Positions 1 to 7,699 of a stretch of DNA of 41,381 nt are shown here, in pieces. The position numbers and the translations under genes were made by a program. The stretch's first letter is position 1. Each line of letters begins with the position of its first letter. This stretch comes from a virus, in UHGV virus genome UHGV-0383272. One strand, 5' to 3'. The notes beneath the pieces were generated by a model. It did no database searches and had not been told where the DNA came from. It was given only the letters and a program-made list of their open reading frames with translations.

Positions 1-607
1 GGCTTATACCTTTAGTACCAACGTTTTAGAACCAAATGAAAATGTTGGTATACCAATTGACAACCAACCGGTATACCAAATGGATACACAGGTTAGGTTA
101 GGTAAGGTTAGGTTAGGTAAGGATAGGTTAGTAGTAATACAGAAAAAAATTCACGACTACTACGAAAATAATGGATTTGGTTCCATCACTCACAAAACAA
201 TTACCGACTTCGCTTATTGGCTGGAGGATTTAATAAATATCGGAGCTACTGATGAAGATGCAGGAGAAATGATCATTCATGCTCTTGGAATAGCAATTGA
301 CAATAATGTCAGAAAATATTCCTATGTCAATTCAATACTAAAGGACTGGGAAAAACGAAAGTTTACATCGGTGAAACAAGTGAAATCCGAAGATATAAAA
401 ACTGCTAACAAGCAAAGTAAACAACCTGCTGGTAATAGGAAACCACGATCAGAGAGTTACGTAGCTATGCAGTATGAAGTGTTCATTCGTGAGAAGCAAT
501 TCGATTCTGGATTAACTCTAACTGAATATGCAAAACGAAAGAAATTGAAAACAGAAGAAGTCGAGGAACTGAAACAATACATTGCGAAACAAGGAGAACC
601 GAATTGA
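1..607 (+). CDS. replisome organizer, 3' part (DnaD-like C-terminal domain); continues the ORF that runs off the window at 41381
   Basis: Frame of ATG at 80 stays open back to nt 2 with no stop. Codon 41380-41381+1 (aag) joins in frame. The C-terminal sequence fits the DnaD domain pattern (Y.EN.G...L..W...E.I..A...A..N.R.Y...IL.NW). Confidence 0.6.
   Translation, partial: AYTFSTNVLEPNENVGIPIDNQPVYQMDTQVRLGKVRLGKDRLVVIQKKIHDYYENNGFGSITHKTITDFAYWLEDLINIGATDEDAGEMIIHALGIAIDNNVRKYSYVNSILKDWEKRKFTSVKQVKSEDIKTANKQSKQPAGNRKPRSESYVAMQYEVFIREKQFDSGLTLTEYAKRKKLKTEEVEELKQYIAKQGEPN
89..135 (+). repeat. tandem GGTTA/GGTAA pentamer array (15-nt unit GGTTAGGTTAGGTAA x2 plus a degenerate copy); candidate origin iterons inside the organizer gene
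   Basis: Direct tandem repeats read in the sequence, encoding VRLGKVRLGKDRL in the organizer linker. SPP1 and lactococcal phage origins lie inside their organizer genes. Confidence 0.45.
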
Positions 608-1020
608 CATTCTACACATTACATTTAGAACCTAAGCCGCAGTCAAGACCTCGATTTGGAAGATATGGCACCTATGAAGACAAAAAGATGAACCAGTGGA
701 AACGAAACTGTGAGAGTCAACTTAAATTAATGAATCCTAGAATTATCGAGAAGGGCGCTATATTCGTCGCTATGACGTTTTACATCTATCCGCCTAAACG
801 GATAGCCGAGATGAAAAAGAAACGCTTAGAACTCGAATCAGAGACGATTTACGTTGATAAGCGACCAGACATAGACAATTACATCAAAGCAGTTCTGGAT
901 TGCGGTAATGAAATACTCTTCAAAGATGATGGGCAGGTAGCTGCACTATCGTCACAAAAACTTTATTCGTTAAATCCGCGAATAGAAATTGAAATTACAA
1001 GCTTGGAGGAAAACAAATGA
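604..1020 (+). CDS. rusA: RusA-family Holliday junction resolvase
   Basis: 138 aa with RPRFGRYG...[14 protein letters not shown]...FKDD motifs. TTG start overlaps the organizer stop. Confidence 0.7.
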   Translation: MTFYTLHLEPKPQSRPRFGRYGTYEDKKMNQWKRNCESQLKLMNPRIIEKGAIFVAMTFYIYPPKRIAEMKKKRLELESETIYVDKRPDIDNYIKAVLDCGNEILFKDDGQVAALSSQKLYSLNPRIEIEITSLEENK

Positions 1021-1490
1021 TAAACAATGTGGTTCTAGTAGGAAGGTTAACGGCTGATCCAAACTTACGATACACAGCGAGTGGCACTGGAGTAGCAACA
1101 TTCACTCTCGCAGTGAACAGAAACTTTACCAATCAAGATGGTAACAGAGATGCAGATTTTATTAATTGTGTGATTTGGCGGAAGTCAGCAGAGACGTTAG
1201 CCAATTACGCTAAAAAAGGAACGCTGCTTGGTGTGACTGGCCGCATTCAAACAAGAAGCTATGAAAATCAGCAAGGACAACGTGTCTATGTAACCGAAGT
1301 AGTTGCTGAGAACTTTCAATTGCTTGAATCACGTAGTGCGAGTGATCAGCGTCAGAATACTAACGCCAGTACTAACTCAAGTGGCAACTATGATCAATCA
1401 AATAAAAATAGTGTGCCTGATTTTGGTAGAGATAACGATCCTTTTAGTGGTTCATCGATTGACATCGGCGACGATGACCTGCCGTTTTAG
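1017..1490 (+). CDS. ssb: single-stranded DNA-binding protein
   Basis: OB-fold N-terminus [16 protein letters not shown], acidic C-terminal tail DDDLPF. Confidence 0.85.
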   Translation: MINNVVLVGRLTADPNLRYTASGTGVATFTLAVNRNFTNQDGNRDADFINCVIWRKSAETLANYAKKGTLLGVTGRIQTRSYENQQGQRVYVTEVVAENFQLLESRSASDQRQNTNASTNSSGNYDQSNKNSVPDFGRDNDPFSGSSIDIGDDDLPF

Positions 1491-1500
1491 GAGGGGTTAA

Positions 1501-1989
1501 ATGAGTAGACGTAAAACACCAGAACAACAAGCGGCGTGGAGCGAATTGTTATTATTGATCAATGATCCAGAGTGGTATTTAGACAGGGAAAAAAGTGATA
1601 GGCATAAAACGCTTATGAAAATCATATTAGCGGATGACAAAGACGACTCCTCAAAATCGAAAAAAGAAAAATATCAGGACTATTTGAACAAACGTCCAGG
1701 GATGGAGAAGAAAATAGTTGAAATGATTAGACAGGGAAAAACAATAGCTCAGATTCATGAGGTATACACGATTGATCGTAAGATATTTGCTTATGTGAGG
1801 CACAAACACCAGTTACCAAAATTTAGAAAGCTAGTGGTTCCTACTGCCGAAGAATTGGAAAAGTCATACAAAAGCGGCGGTTGGAAGAAAGCGAGTCGAG
1901 ATTTTGGTGCGTCCCAAGGAACGATTTATCAATGGATGCGGAAATACGGAATTGAAAGAAACTATGTGATAAACGAAATGGAGGATTAG
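1501..1989 (+). CDS. hypothetical early protein with C-terminal helix-turn-helix
   Basis: 162 aa, SD before the start. The C-terminal GASQGTIYQWMRKYGI looks HTH-like. Confidence 0.5.
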   Translation: MSRRKTPEQQAAWSELLLLINDPEWYLDREKSDRHKTLMKIILADDKDDSSKSKKEKYQDYLNKRPGMEKKIVEMIRQGKTIAQIHEVYTIDRKIFAYVRHKHQLPKFRKLVVPTAEELEKSYKSGGWKKASRDFGASQGTIYQWMRKYGIERNYVINEMED

Positions 1990-1990
1990 C

Positions 1991-2233
1991 ATGCATATAG
2001 CAAATATCTACGGTGAGTCTATCGTGGGTGAAGAAATCGAATATCTAGATCAACCCTACAAAAACATAATTATCGTGGAGGATTCTAACGGTGACAAACA
2101 CGTGGTTCACAAAGACACGATCGATAGGAATCGTAAGCGAAAACCAAGCCGTGCAGGAGTGAGGTTTGACCTTCTAGGTTGTCAGGCGCATGGAAGAAAA
2201 GGGACGTTGAGAAAGTGGCGGAGGATTGGTTAG
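1991..2233 (+). CDS. hypothetical protein
   Basis: 80 aa ORF in the same-strand operon. Confidence 0.4.
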   Translation: MHIANIYGESIVGEEIEYLDQPYKNIIIVEDSNGDKHVVHKDTIDRNRKRKPSRAGVRFDLLGCQAHGRKGTLRKWRRIG

Positions 2234-2490
2234 GACATAAGAAAAAACTCCGCAAACTGGAGCTATCACGTAGAAAGAAGGTGACCATCTTGCGGTCAAT
2301 TTATCAAGTGACTTTTAGTAAAAAAGATAACAAAATGACTTGGGTCAAAGCGGTTGTAGCAACGTCAGAGGAAAATGCAAAGAAAGTATTCGAAGAAGAA
2401 AATCAGTTTGAAGAAATTAAAGGTGTCAGGATATTAGGGAACGTAGTAGACGAACTAATGGACGATGGAATCGGATTTGAGAATGAATAG
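2179..2490 (+). CDS. hypothetical protein (start uncertain; TTG at 2179 overlaps the previous gene by 55 nt)
   Basis: 103 aa ORF with an acidic C-terminus. Confidence 0.35.
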   Translation: MSGAWKKRDVEKVAEDWLGHKKKLRKLELSRRKKVTILRSIYQVTFSKKDNKMTWVKAVVATSEENAKKVFEEENQFEEIKGVRILGNVVDELMDDGIGFENE

Positions 2491-2498
2491 TTCCACAA

Positions 2499-2741
2499 AT
2501 GGAGGATATGAAGGAGATTAGACAGTTGAATTATAAAGATAGAGCATGGCACATAAAGACAGGAGAACTTGGATATGTTTTGCGAGGTAAGGCGTATCTA
2601 ACTAATCCACTACAGTATGACTTCATTACAGATAGTGGAATAAACCGTTTTGTGACTGATGACGACATCGTACTCATCGATGAAGAAAAACAGAAAAAAG
2701 AAAACTTAAACAGAAAATGGGCAAAACGAAAGGGACGCTAG
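2499..2741 (+). CDS. hypothetical protein
   Basis: 80 aa, SD tggagga upstream. Confidence 0.4.
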   Translation: MEDMKEIRQLNYKDRAWHIKTGELGYVLRGKAYLTNPLQYDFITDSGINRFVTDDDIVLIDEEKQKKENLNRKWAKRKGR

Positions 2742-2767
2742 CGACCACTATCAAGGAGGAAAAATTC

Positions 2768-2971
2768 ATGAACGAGAATAAAACATTAGCAATCTATTTT
2801 GAAAATGGAAGCACAGCTTTTTTTGAGAGAGTCGAGAATTTCAAGTACGACAATGTACATGATATTACGATTGAGTTTGATTATTTTGGCATTAGATCGC
2901 AAGTTAAGCGTCATGCAGTATTTAATTTTGATGTTATCGCAGGCTATGCTTTGCAGGAGGATGGCGAATGA
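2768..2971 (+). CDS. hypothetical protein (start moved to the ATG with SD aaggagg)
   Basis: 67 aa; the track ORF 2717..2971 has an internal Met at a good SD. Confidence 0.4.
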   Translation: MNENKTLAIYFENGSTAFFERVENFKYDNVHDITIEFDYFGIRSQVKRHAVFNFDVIAGYALQEDGE

Positions 2972-3183
2972 ACTCAGAAGACTTTATTTGTTACGAGAGA
3001 TCTGATGATTGGTTAGAAGAAGGAATGAAAATCTATTTTGCTTCCGTTGAAAAGCCAACTAAGAAAACAGATCAGATTAAAAATGAAATTGAAGAAATGG
3101 ACACAGTGCAACGGACCGAAGTGTCATGCCGGATGTTGAGCCTTTTCTTAGAGAGAGTGGCCAATAAGATTAAAAATGATTAG
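2968..3183 (+). CDS. hypothetical protein
   Basis: 71 aa, SD caggagg, ATGA overlap with the upstream gene. Confidence 0.4.
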   Translation: MNSEDFICYERSDDWLEEGMKIYFASVEKPTKKTDQIKNEIEEMDTVQRTEVSCRMLSLFLERVANKIKND

Positions 3184-3225
3184 TTCCGGTAACCACGCCA
3201 ATTATGTAGGAAATGGAGGGATACA

Positions 3226-3984
3226 TTGAAAGCATTATCTCTCTTTTCGGGGATCGGCGGATTAGACTTAGCAGCAGAATGGGCAGGCATTGAAACTGTC
3301 GCCTTTTGTGAGAACGCCGATTTTCCAAAAAAAGTATTGAAAAAACAATGGCCAACAGTGCCGCAGTTTGAAGATGTGAAACAGTTAGATATTCAGTTGT
3401 TAGAAAGTAGTGGGATAGATGCAAGAACAATTGGAATTATTCACGGCGGATTTCCTTGTCAGCCTTTCTCACTTGCAGGAAAAGGAAAGGCCGAAAACGA
3501 CGATCGCTACTTGTGGTATGAGTTCGCAAGACTCGTCAAAGAAATTCAACCTCGTTGGGTTGTCGGCGAAAATGTACCAGGACTTCTTAACAGAGGGCTC
3601 GAAACAACCGTCAACGACTTGGAAAAGGAAGGCTACGAAGTTTGGGTTTTCAGTGTTGCAGCTAGTGATATCGGGGCCATCCATAAAAGGCAAAGGTTCT
3701 TTATCGTTGCTTGCAACACCGACAGCCAGTCAAGCCTACAAGAGGATTCGCCCGCTTGCACCTTCAGAAGCGAACGGCAAGCATGGCAAAGTTCTTCCTG
3801 GAAGTCTTGGAGAGAATTTCGAGAGTTACATTGGAAAGTACCCGAACCCGGCATTTGTCGAGTGGATGATGGGGTATCCAGAGAATTGGACAAAAATAGA
3901 TTGATTGCTTTGGGGAATGCGGTCCAACCACAACAAGTATATCCGATCTTTAAAGCAATTATGGAAATTGAAAACGGAAGTTAA
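3226..3984 (+). CDS. C5 cytosine DNA methyltransferase; the middle segment is encoded in the +1 frame (3720-3895)
   Basis: Motif I FSGIGG, motif IV GFPCQPFS, motif VI GENVPG and motif VIII RQRFFIVA lie in frame 1. The motif IX-like EWMMGYPENWT lies in the frame of ORF 3419..3904. Motif X LGNAV is back in frame 1. Confidence 0.7.
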   Translation: MKALSLFSGIGGLDLAAEWAGIETVAFCENADFPKKVLKKQWPTVPQFEDVKQLDIQLLESSGIDARTIGIIHGGFPCQPFSLAGKGKAENDDRYLWYEFARLVKEIQPRWVVGENVPGLLNRGLETTVNDLEKEGYEVWVFSVAASDIGAIHKRQRFFIVACNTDSQSSLQEDSPACTFRSERQAWQSSSWKSWREFRELHWKVPEPGICRVDDGVSRELDKNRLIALGNAVQPQQVYPIFKAIMEIENGS

Positions 3985-4056
3985 CTCAGCCTATCAAGTA
4001 AGAATCTATGTGATCATTAATCGATTTTTTGATCACATAGAATTTAGGAGGTATTT

Positions 4057-4581
4057 ATGAATAAACAAGATAAGAAAAAATTGACGAAACATATAGAACT
4101 CAATCAACACATGACAGAAATTAGTATGTTTGGCAGAACAGCAGTAGTAGACGTTGTTCCATCAGATCGACTTATAGACTTAATTGATGAGTTAGCGAGT
4201 CCAGTCAAAGTGCCGAAATTCGTTGGAGAATTACTTGACTATTATCGTAATTCTACTGACGTCGACTTATTGGCGCTGCTCATCTGCTTCAAAGATTGGT
4301 ACTTTAGAAAAGACAAACTCAGCGAGAATGAAGAGGCGATTGATTGGCTTGTTAGACATCCAGAAAAATTTATGAAGGCATGGCTAGACGGCTACGAAGT
4401 CGAGGAAGAGCCGAAGTATCGAGTTAATATCGGTGGACTTTACTTGAAAGAACCTTTAGCTGACACGAACGACTTCACTATCAGCATGACTTGGAATAAA
4501 GATTATGCTTATCCATTTGATAGTTGGAACATGGCAAGAGAGCATACGTCAGAGTTAGGTGGCACAGTCGAGAAAGTGTAG
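4057..4581 (+). CDS. hypothetical early protein
   Basis: 174 aa, strong SD taggagg. Ends ...VEKV followed by the repeated junction GTGTAGGTGTGAT. Confidence 0.5.
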   Translation: MNKQDKKKLTKHIELNQHMTEISMFGRTAVVDVVPSDRLIDLIDELASPVKVPKFVGELLDYYRNSTDVDLLALLICFKDWYFRKDKLSENEEAIDWLVRHPEKFMKAWLDGYEVEEEPKYRVNIGGLYLKEPLADTNDFTISMTWNKDYAYPFDSWNMAREHTSELGGTVEKV

Positions 4582-4590
4582 GTGTGATAA

Positions 4591-4794
4591 ATGCTAAACA
4601 AGAAAAACATTATGGGCATCATACAAGACCATCAAGATGAAATTGATCAATTGGAGTATGAACTTGAACAAGCAAGACAGTGGTGCATGACGGAAAGCGT
4701 GAAGTCACTAAGTAACAGATTATCTTATCTGAGAGACAACCAGTACAGATATAAGCTTCAAGCAAAAGCTTGGGGCTTGATCGAGAAAGTGTAG
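4591..4794 (+). CDS. hypothetical protein
   Basis: 67 aa; ends ...IEKV with the same junction repeat as the upstream gene. Confidence 0.4.
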   Translation: MLNKKNIMGIIQDHQDEIDQLEYELEQARQWCMTESVKSLSNRLSYLRDNQYRYKLQAKAWGLIEKV

Positions 4795-4803
4795 GTGTGA
4801 TCG

Positions 4804-4983
4804 ATGAATAAGCAAGAAGTTTTAGATGAACTTCAGAAGAAATATGACGAGGCGATTGAAGCCCAAGAAAGATGCCTTGTTGGATATGGTATGTGGCAAG
4901 CATATGAAAACAGAGCTATCGCATATTCAAATGCAATAAGTATTGTTCATCACCTAAATGAGAGAGAGCAGGTAAGAGAATGA
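4804..4983 (+). CDS. hypothetical small protein (59 aa)
   Basis: Below the track threshold. Starts after the repeated SD-containing junction and is coupled to the next ORF by an ATGA overlap. Confidence 0.35.
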   Translation: MNKQEVLDELQKKYDEAIEAQERCLVGYGMWQAYENRAIAYSNAISIVHHLNEREQVRE

Positions 4984-5147
4984 TCAATAAAAAATATAAA
5001 ACAATTTATCCGAGTATTGTTCCAAAAGGATCAATTGGAACTTGCGTGGATGTTGAGATCGGAGTTCTTATAGCCTTTCGGCTTGAGTTTGAGAATGGTG
5101 AATCTCTGTGGTTCATGAAACGGGACTTGGAGGAGGTGGCGGAATGA
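4980..5147 (+). CDS. hypothetical small protein (55 aa)
   Basis: Overlapping start and stop with its neighbours. Confidence 0.3.
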   Translation: MINKKYKTIYPSIVPKGSIGTCVDVEIGVLIAFRLEFENGESLWFMKRDLEEVAE

Positions 5148-5431
5148 GCAAGTTTTTCGAAGAACTATTCGCTACAACGATGATCCTTTTTAAAGAGATT
5201 ATTGGTTTTATCAGTTATTGTTGGAACCTTGAAAATAGAGATAAAAGCTGGAAAGACTTTCCGGTAACCGAAGCAATAGAGGAGGAAATAATGAGTAAAG
5301 TAATTCTATGTTCAATGATTGTATCTGGATTAGTATCTTTCGGCATGATGAGGTTTCAAATGCGGATGATGGAAAAATGGCTTGATAGTTTTTTTTTGAA
5401 AAAGAGACAGAGTGGAATAAAGAGACAATGA
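5144..5431 (+). CDS. small membrane protein
   Basis: MSKFFEELFATTMILF... has two hydrophobic segments. ATG at 5144 follows SD ggaggaggtgg. Confidence 0.4.
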   Translation: MSKFFEELFATTMILFKEIIGFISYCWNLENRDKSWKDFPVTEAIEEEIMSKVILCSMIVSGLVSFGMMRFQMRMMEKWLDSFFLKKRQSGIKRQ

Positions 5432-5474
5432 GGGATTTTGTCCGGTCCATCGAGAAAACAATTGGAGGTAGACG

Positions 5475-5756
5475 ATGATACCGAATATCGAAATCGGGAA
5501 AATTTATAAATTGTCTGATGCAAACCCGCCAGCATTTGCAAAAATCATAAAAAATTCTAAACACGATGTTTGGAACGATGTTTTAGAAGAGGATGAATTA
5601 ACGCAGCTTGCATGGGGAGATTGGTATCAATGGGATAATAAGGATATCTACTGCCTTTTTGGAGCTGGATTTGATACGTATAGACTAGTTCCGGCGACTA
5701 AAGAAGAAATTGCCATTTACGAGGATAAAGTTAGAAAATATCGATCGGAGGAATGA
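5475..5756 (+). CDS. hypothetical protein
   Basis: 93 aa, SD ggaggt. Confidence 0.45.
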   Translation: MIPNIEIGKIYKLSDANPPAFAKIIKNSKHDVWNDVLEEDELTQLAWGDWYQWDNKDIYCLFGAGFDTYRLVPATKEEIAIYEDKVRKYRSEE

Positions 5757-6020
5757 GTGATGATCCTCGAATATAATAAAAAGCTTTCTAGTTGTACAAA
5801 GCAAGAACTCATCTTGATGTTACAAGGCGAGGGTGAAAATAGGCAGAAGTTAGTAAAGATATTAGACAAAGCATATGAAGACTGTGAGAACGATGCCGAA
5901 GACCCAGTATATCCACATTATCAGTCTCAGTACAAACAAGGGTATCTACGCGGGATAGAAACTGCGGAAAATATTGTTAAGAATTTTTACAGGTTTGATA
6001 ACAAGGAGGTGCCACAATGA
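5757..6020 (+). CDS. hypothetical protein
   Basis: 87 aa, SD ggagg. Confidence 0.45.
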   Translation: MMILEYNKKLSSCTKQELILMLQGEGENRQKLVKILDKAYEDCENDAEDPVYPHYQSQYKQGYLRGIETAENIVKNFYRFDNKEVPQ

Positions 6021-6154
6021 TCAACAACGACTTAGCAATCGACAGACTGCAAGATTTAATTCTTACGTCTGTTAATCTAACTGAATGGCAGAAAGAGCAG
6101 ATTAAAGATGCTATTAGACTGTTGGGAGGGGAAATGAATGGTACAAAGATTTAG
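6017..6154 (+). CDS. hypothetical small protein (45 aa)
   Basis: ATGA overlap with the upstream stop, SD aaggagg. Confidence 0.3.
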   Translation: MINNDLAIDRLQDLILTSVNLTEWQKEQIKDAIRLLGGEMNGTKI

Positions 6155-6530
6155 AGCGTGGGATAAATATCACGAGATAATGGTTATTATCATATCCATT
6201 GATTTTGAAAGAAAAATTGTCTATGTAGGACGGGAAGATGGTGATCGATGGGAGATCCATTTTGATAACCTAATATTCCTTCAATCAACAGGCCTGAAAG
6301 ACAAGAACGGCGTTGAGATTTACGAAGGGGATATAGTGAAAGTGACTAATCATCCTTTTCAAAAGAAAGAAGACAGTGCAGGCATCGAAATAGATGGCGA
6401 TTACTTAATCGGATGGTCTGATCATAATTTAACTTGGCTAGCTGGCGATTTACTTTTGTATCAGCTAAAACCTTATATCGAAGTTATAGGCAACATCTAC
6501 GAAAACCCAGAGTTGTTGGAGGTGGAATAA
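6138..6530 (+). CDS. YopX-family protein
   Basis: C-terminal ...YIEVIGNIYENPELLE is typical of the YopX family. Confidence 0.55.
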   Translation: MVQRFRAWDKYHEIMVIIISIDFERKIVYVGREDGDRWEIHFDNLIFLQSTGLKDKNGVEIYEGDIVKVTNHPFQKKEDSAGIEIDGDYLIGWSDHNLTWLAGDLLLYQLKPYIEVIGNIYENPELLEVE

Positions 6531-6836
6531 ATGTTAGACATGAAAATATTTGATTATCGAATTACTAGCGATTCACGTCAAGTGATTTTGAGTAAAGCGC
6601 TGAGAAATGAAGATGGAGAACTGTATGAAAGAAAAACTCCTAAAGGCGAAATGGAAGAGGCTCGCAGTGTTATTGGCTACTATTCTAATGTCAGCAAGGC
6701 TTTAATCGGCTTACAACGCGATTATGTGTTACATGGCGACAAGCCTATTAACGACATCAAAACATATAAAGAAGAGCTAGAAACGATTACTAAGGCGTGT
6801 GAGGATAGATTAAACATGGGAGAACCATTTAATTAA
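6531..6836 (+). CDS. hypothetical protein
   Basis: 101 aa, coupled to the upstream gene (taaATG). Confidence 0.45.
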   Translation: MLDMKIFDYRITSDSRQVILSKALRNEDGELYERKTPKGEMEEARSVIGYYSNVSKALIGLQRDYVLHGDKPINDIKTYKEELETITKACEDRLNMGEPFN

Positions 6837-6877
6837 TCCGCTAATGTCGCCTATTGCATAGGGTTAGGAGGTATGAA

Positions 6878-7129
6878 ATGAACTTTATTTTCTTGATTAG
6901 TGGAGTAATTATCGGATTTGCTTATCGATCTATAACATTTAATTATAGATTTTCATTAATGGTAAACAGCTTTGAAAAGATAAAAGTGTTTAACATTGAA
7001 CTGATGGAGAAGCAACAACAGAATAGCAATCGTTATTACTACATCAAGGGAGTCTTGGACGGATGCCAAGGAACCGGAGAAGTACTTCTTGGAAAAGAAA
7101 ATGTTAGTAAGGCTGTAAATAATGATTGA
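6878..7129 (+). CDS. small membrane protein
   Basis: MNFIFLISGVIIGFAY is an N-terminal TM helix; SD ttaggagg. Confidence 0.4.
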   Translation: MNFIFLISGVIIGFAYRSITFNYRFSLMVNSFEKIKVFNIELMEKQQQNSNRYYYIKGVLDGCQGTGEVLLGKENVSKAVNND

Positions 7130-7271
7130 CGAACTTAAATGTTGAGTTAGCATACAGGAGTTAAAAACACAATATATTGTAGGCGAAAGCAAGTTCCCAC
7201 GATATATTGTGGATAAACCTGTTGATATGTGTATAACAAAAATAAAACGTTAATCAAGTGGGGGATAGTCA

Positions 7272-7688
7272 TTGTCAGAATTAACTAAAACTAAGTTAGC
7301 GGATTTGGAAGAGGATTTCAGATCATATAAAAAGATACCTAGCAAGATAGCAGAGGCTTTGGTTGCTAGAGAGTGGAAACCAGAAGATGCAAATTCTTGG
7401 ATTAAGGGTAGTCAAACTCATACAGAAAAAGCCCTGACTGATTTAATAAAGAGAGAAGACAATAAAAGCTATCTTTATTATTCTAAACTATATATGGATA
7501 TTTCAAATGCATATGAGAGCCTCAGTTCAGAACTAAAGGGCATTGTAGATAAATACCTATGGGGAGAGTTAGATTATCTAGAATGGCGCGAAATTGCTGA
7601 ATATGAACATTGCTCTAAAACGGCAGTATATAAAAAGCGATTTAAAATTTTAGAAAGTTTAGCGATCCAACAAGGAAAAGTGTTCTAA
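7272..7688 (+). CDS. ArpU-family phage transcriptional regulator (late gene activator type)
   Basis: 138 aa. Size, composition and position just before the packaging genes match ArpU, TP901-1 Alt and similar regulators. Confidence 0.65.
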   Translation: MSELTKTKLADLEEDFRSYKKIPSKIAEALVAREWKPEDANSWIKGSQTHTEKALTDLIKREDNKSYLYYSKLYMDISNAYESLSSELKGIVDKYLWGELDYLEWREIAEYEHCSKTAVYKKRFKILESLAIQQGKVF

Positions 7689-7699
7689 AACGTGTGGTA

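Noticed and set aside
1303-1500. 65-aa ORF in an alternate frame inside ssb
   Set aside because: Fully embedded in the well-supported SSB gene; no RBS.
2085-2288. Minus-strand 67-aa ORF across the 1991/2179 gene overlap; similar minus ORFs at 3170..3430, 4619..4903, 5211..5564, 6956..7192, 9872..10066, 12712..12942, 14124..14330, 17146..17382, 18218..18454, 18336..18587, 18927..19316, 22332..22658, 24095..24367, 28030..28218, 28785..29036, 29077..29259, 36040..36249, 38437..38646, 39095..39394, 39848..40099, 40005..40217 and 40777..40962
   Set aside because: Each is antisense to a confidently called plus-strand gene, lacks an SD and would break the operon structure.
3419-3904. 161-aa ORF overlapping the methyltransferase, plus antisense ORFs 3469..3693 and 3633..3893
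   Set aside because: Its C-terminal 60 aa are the genuine motif-IX region of the methyltransferase (see finding), not an independent gene. The upstream part of this frame and the antisense ORFs are shadows.
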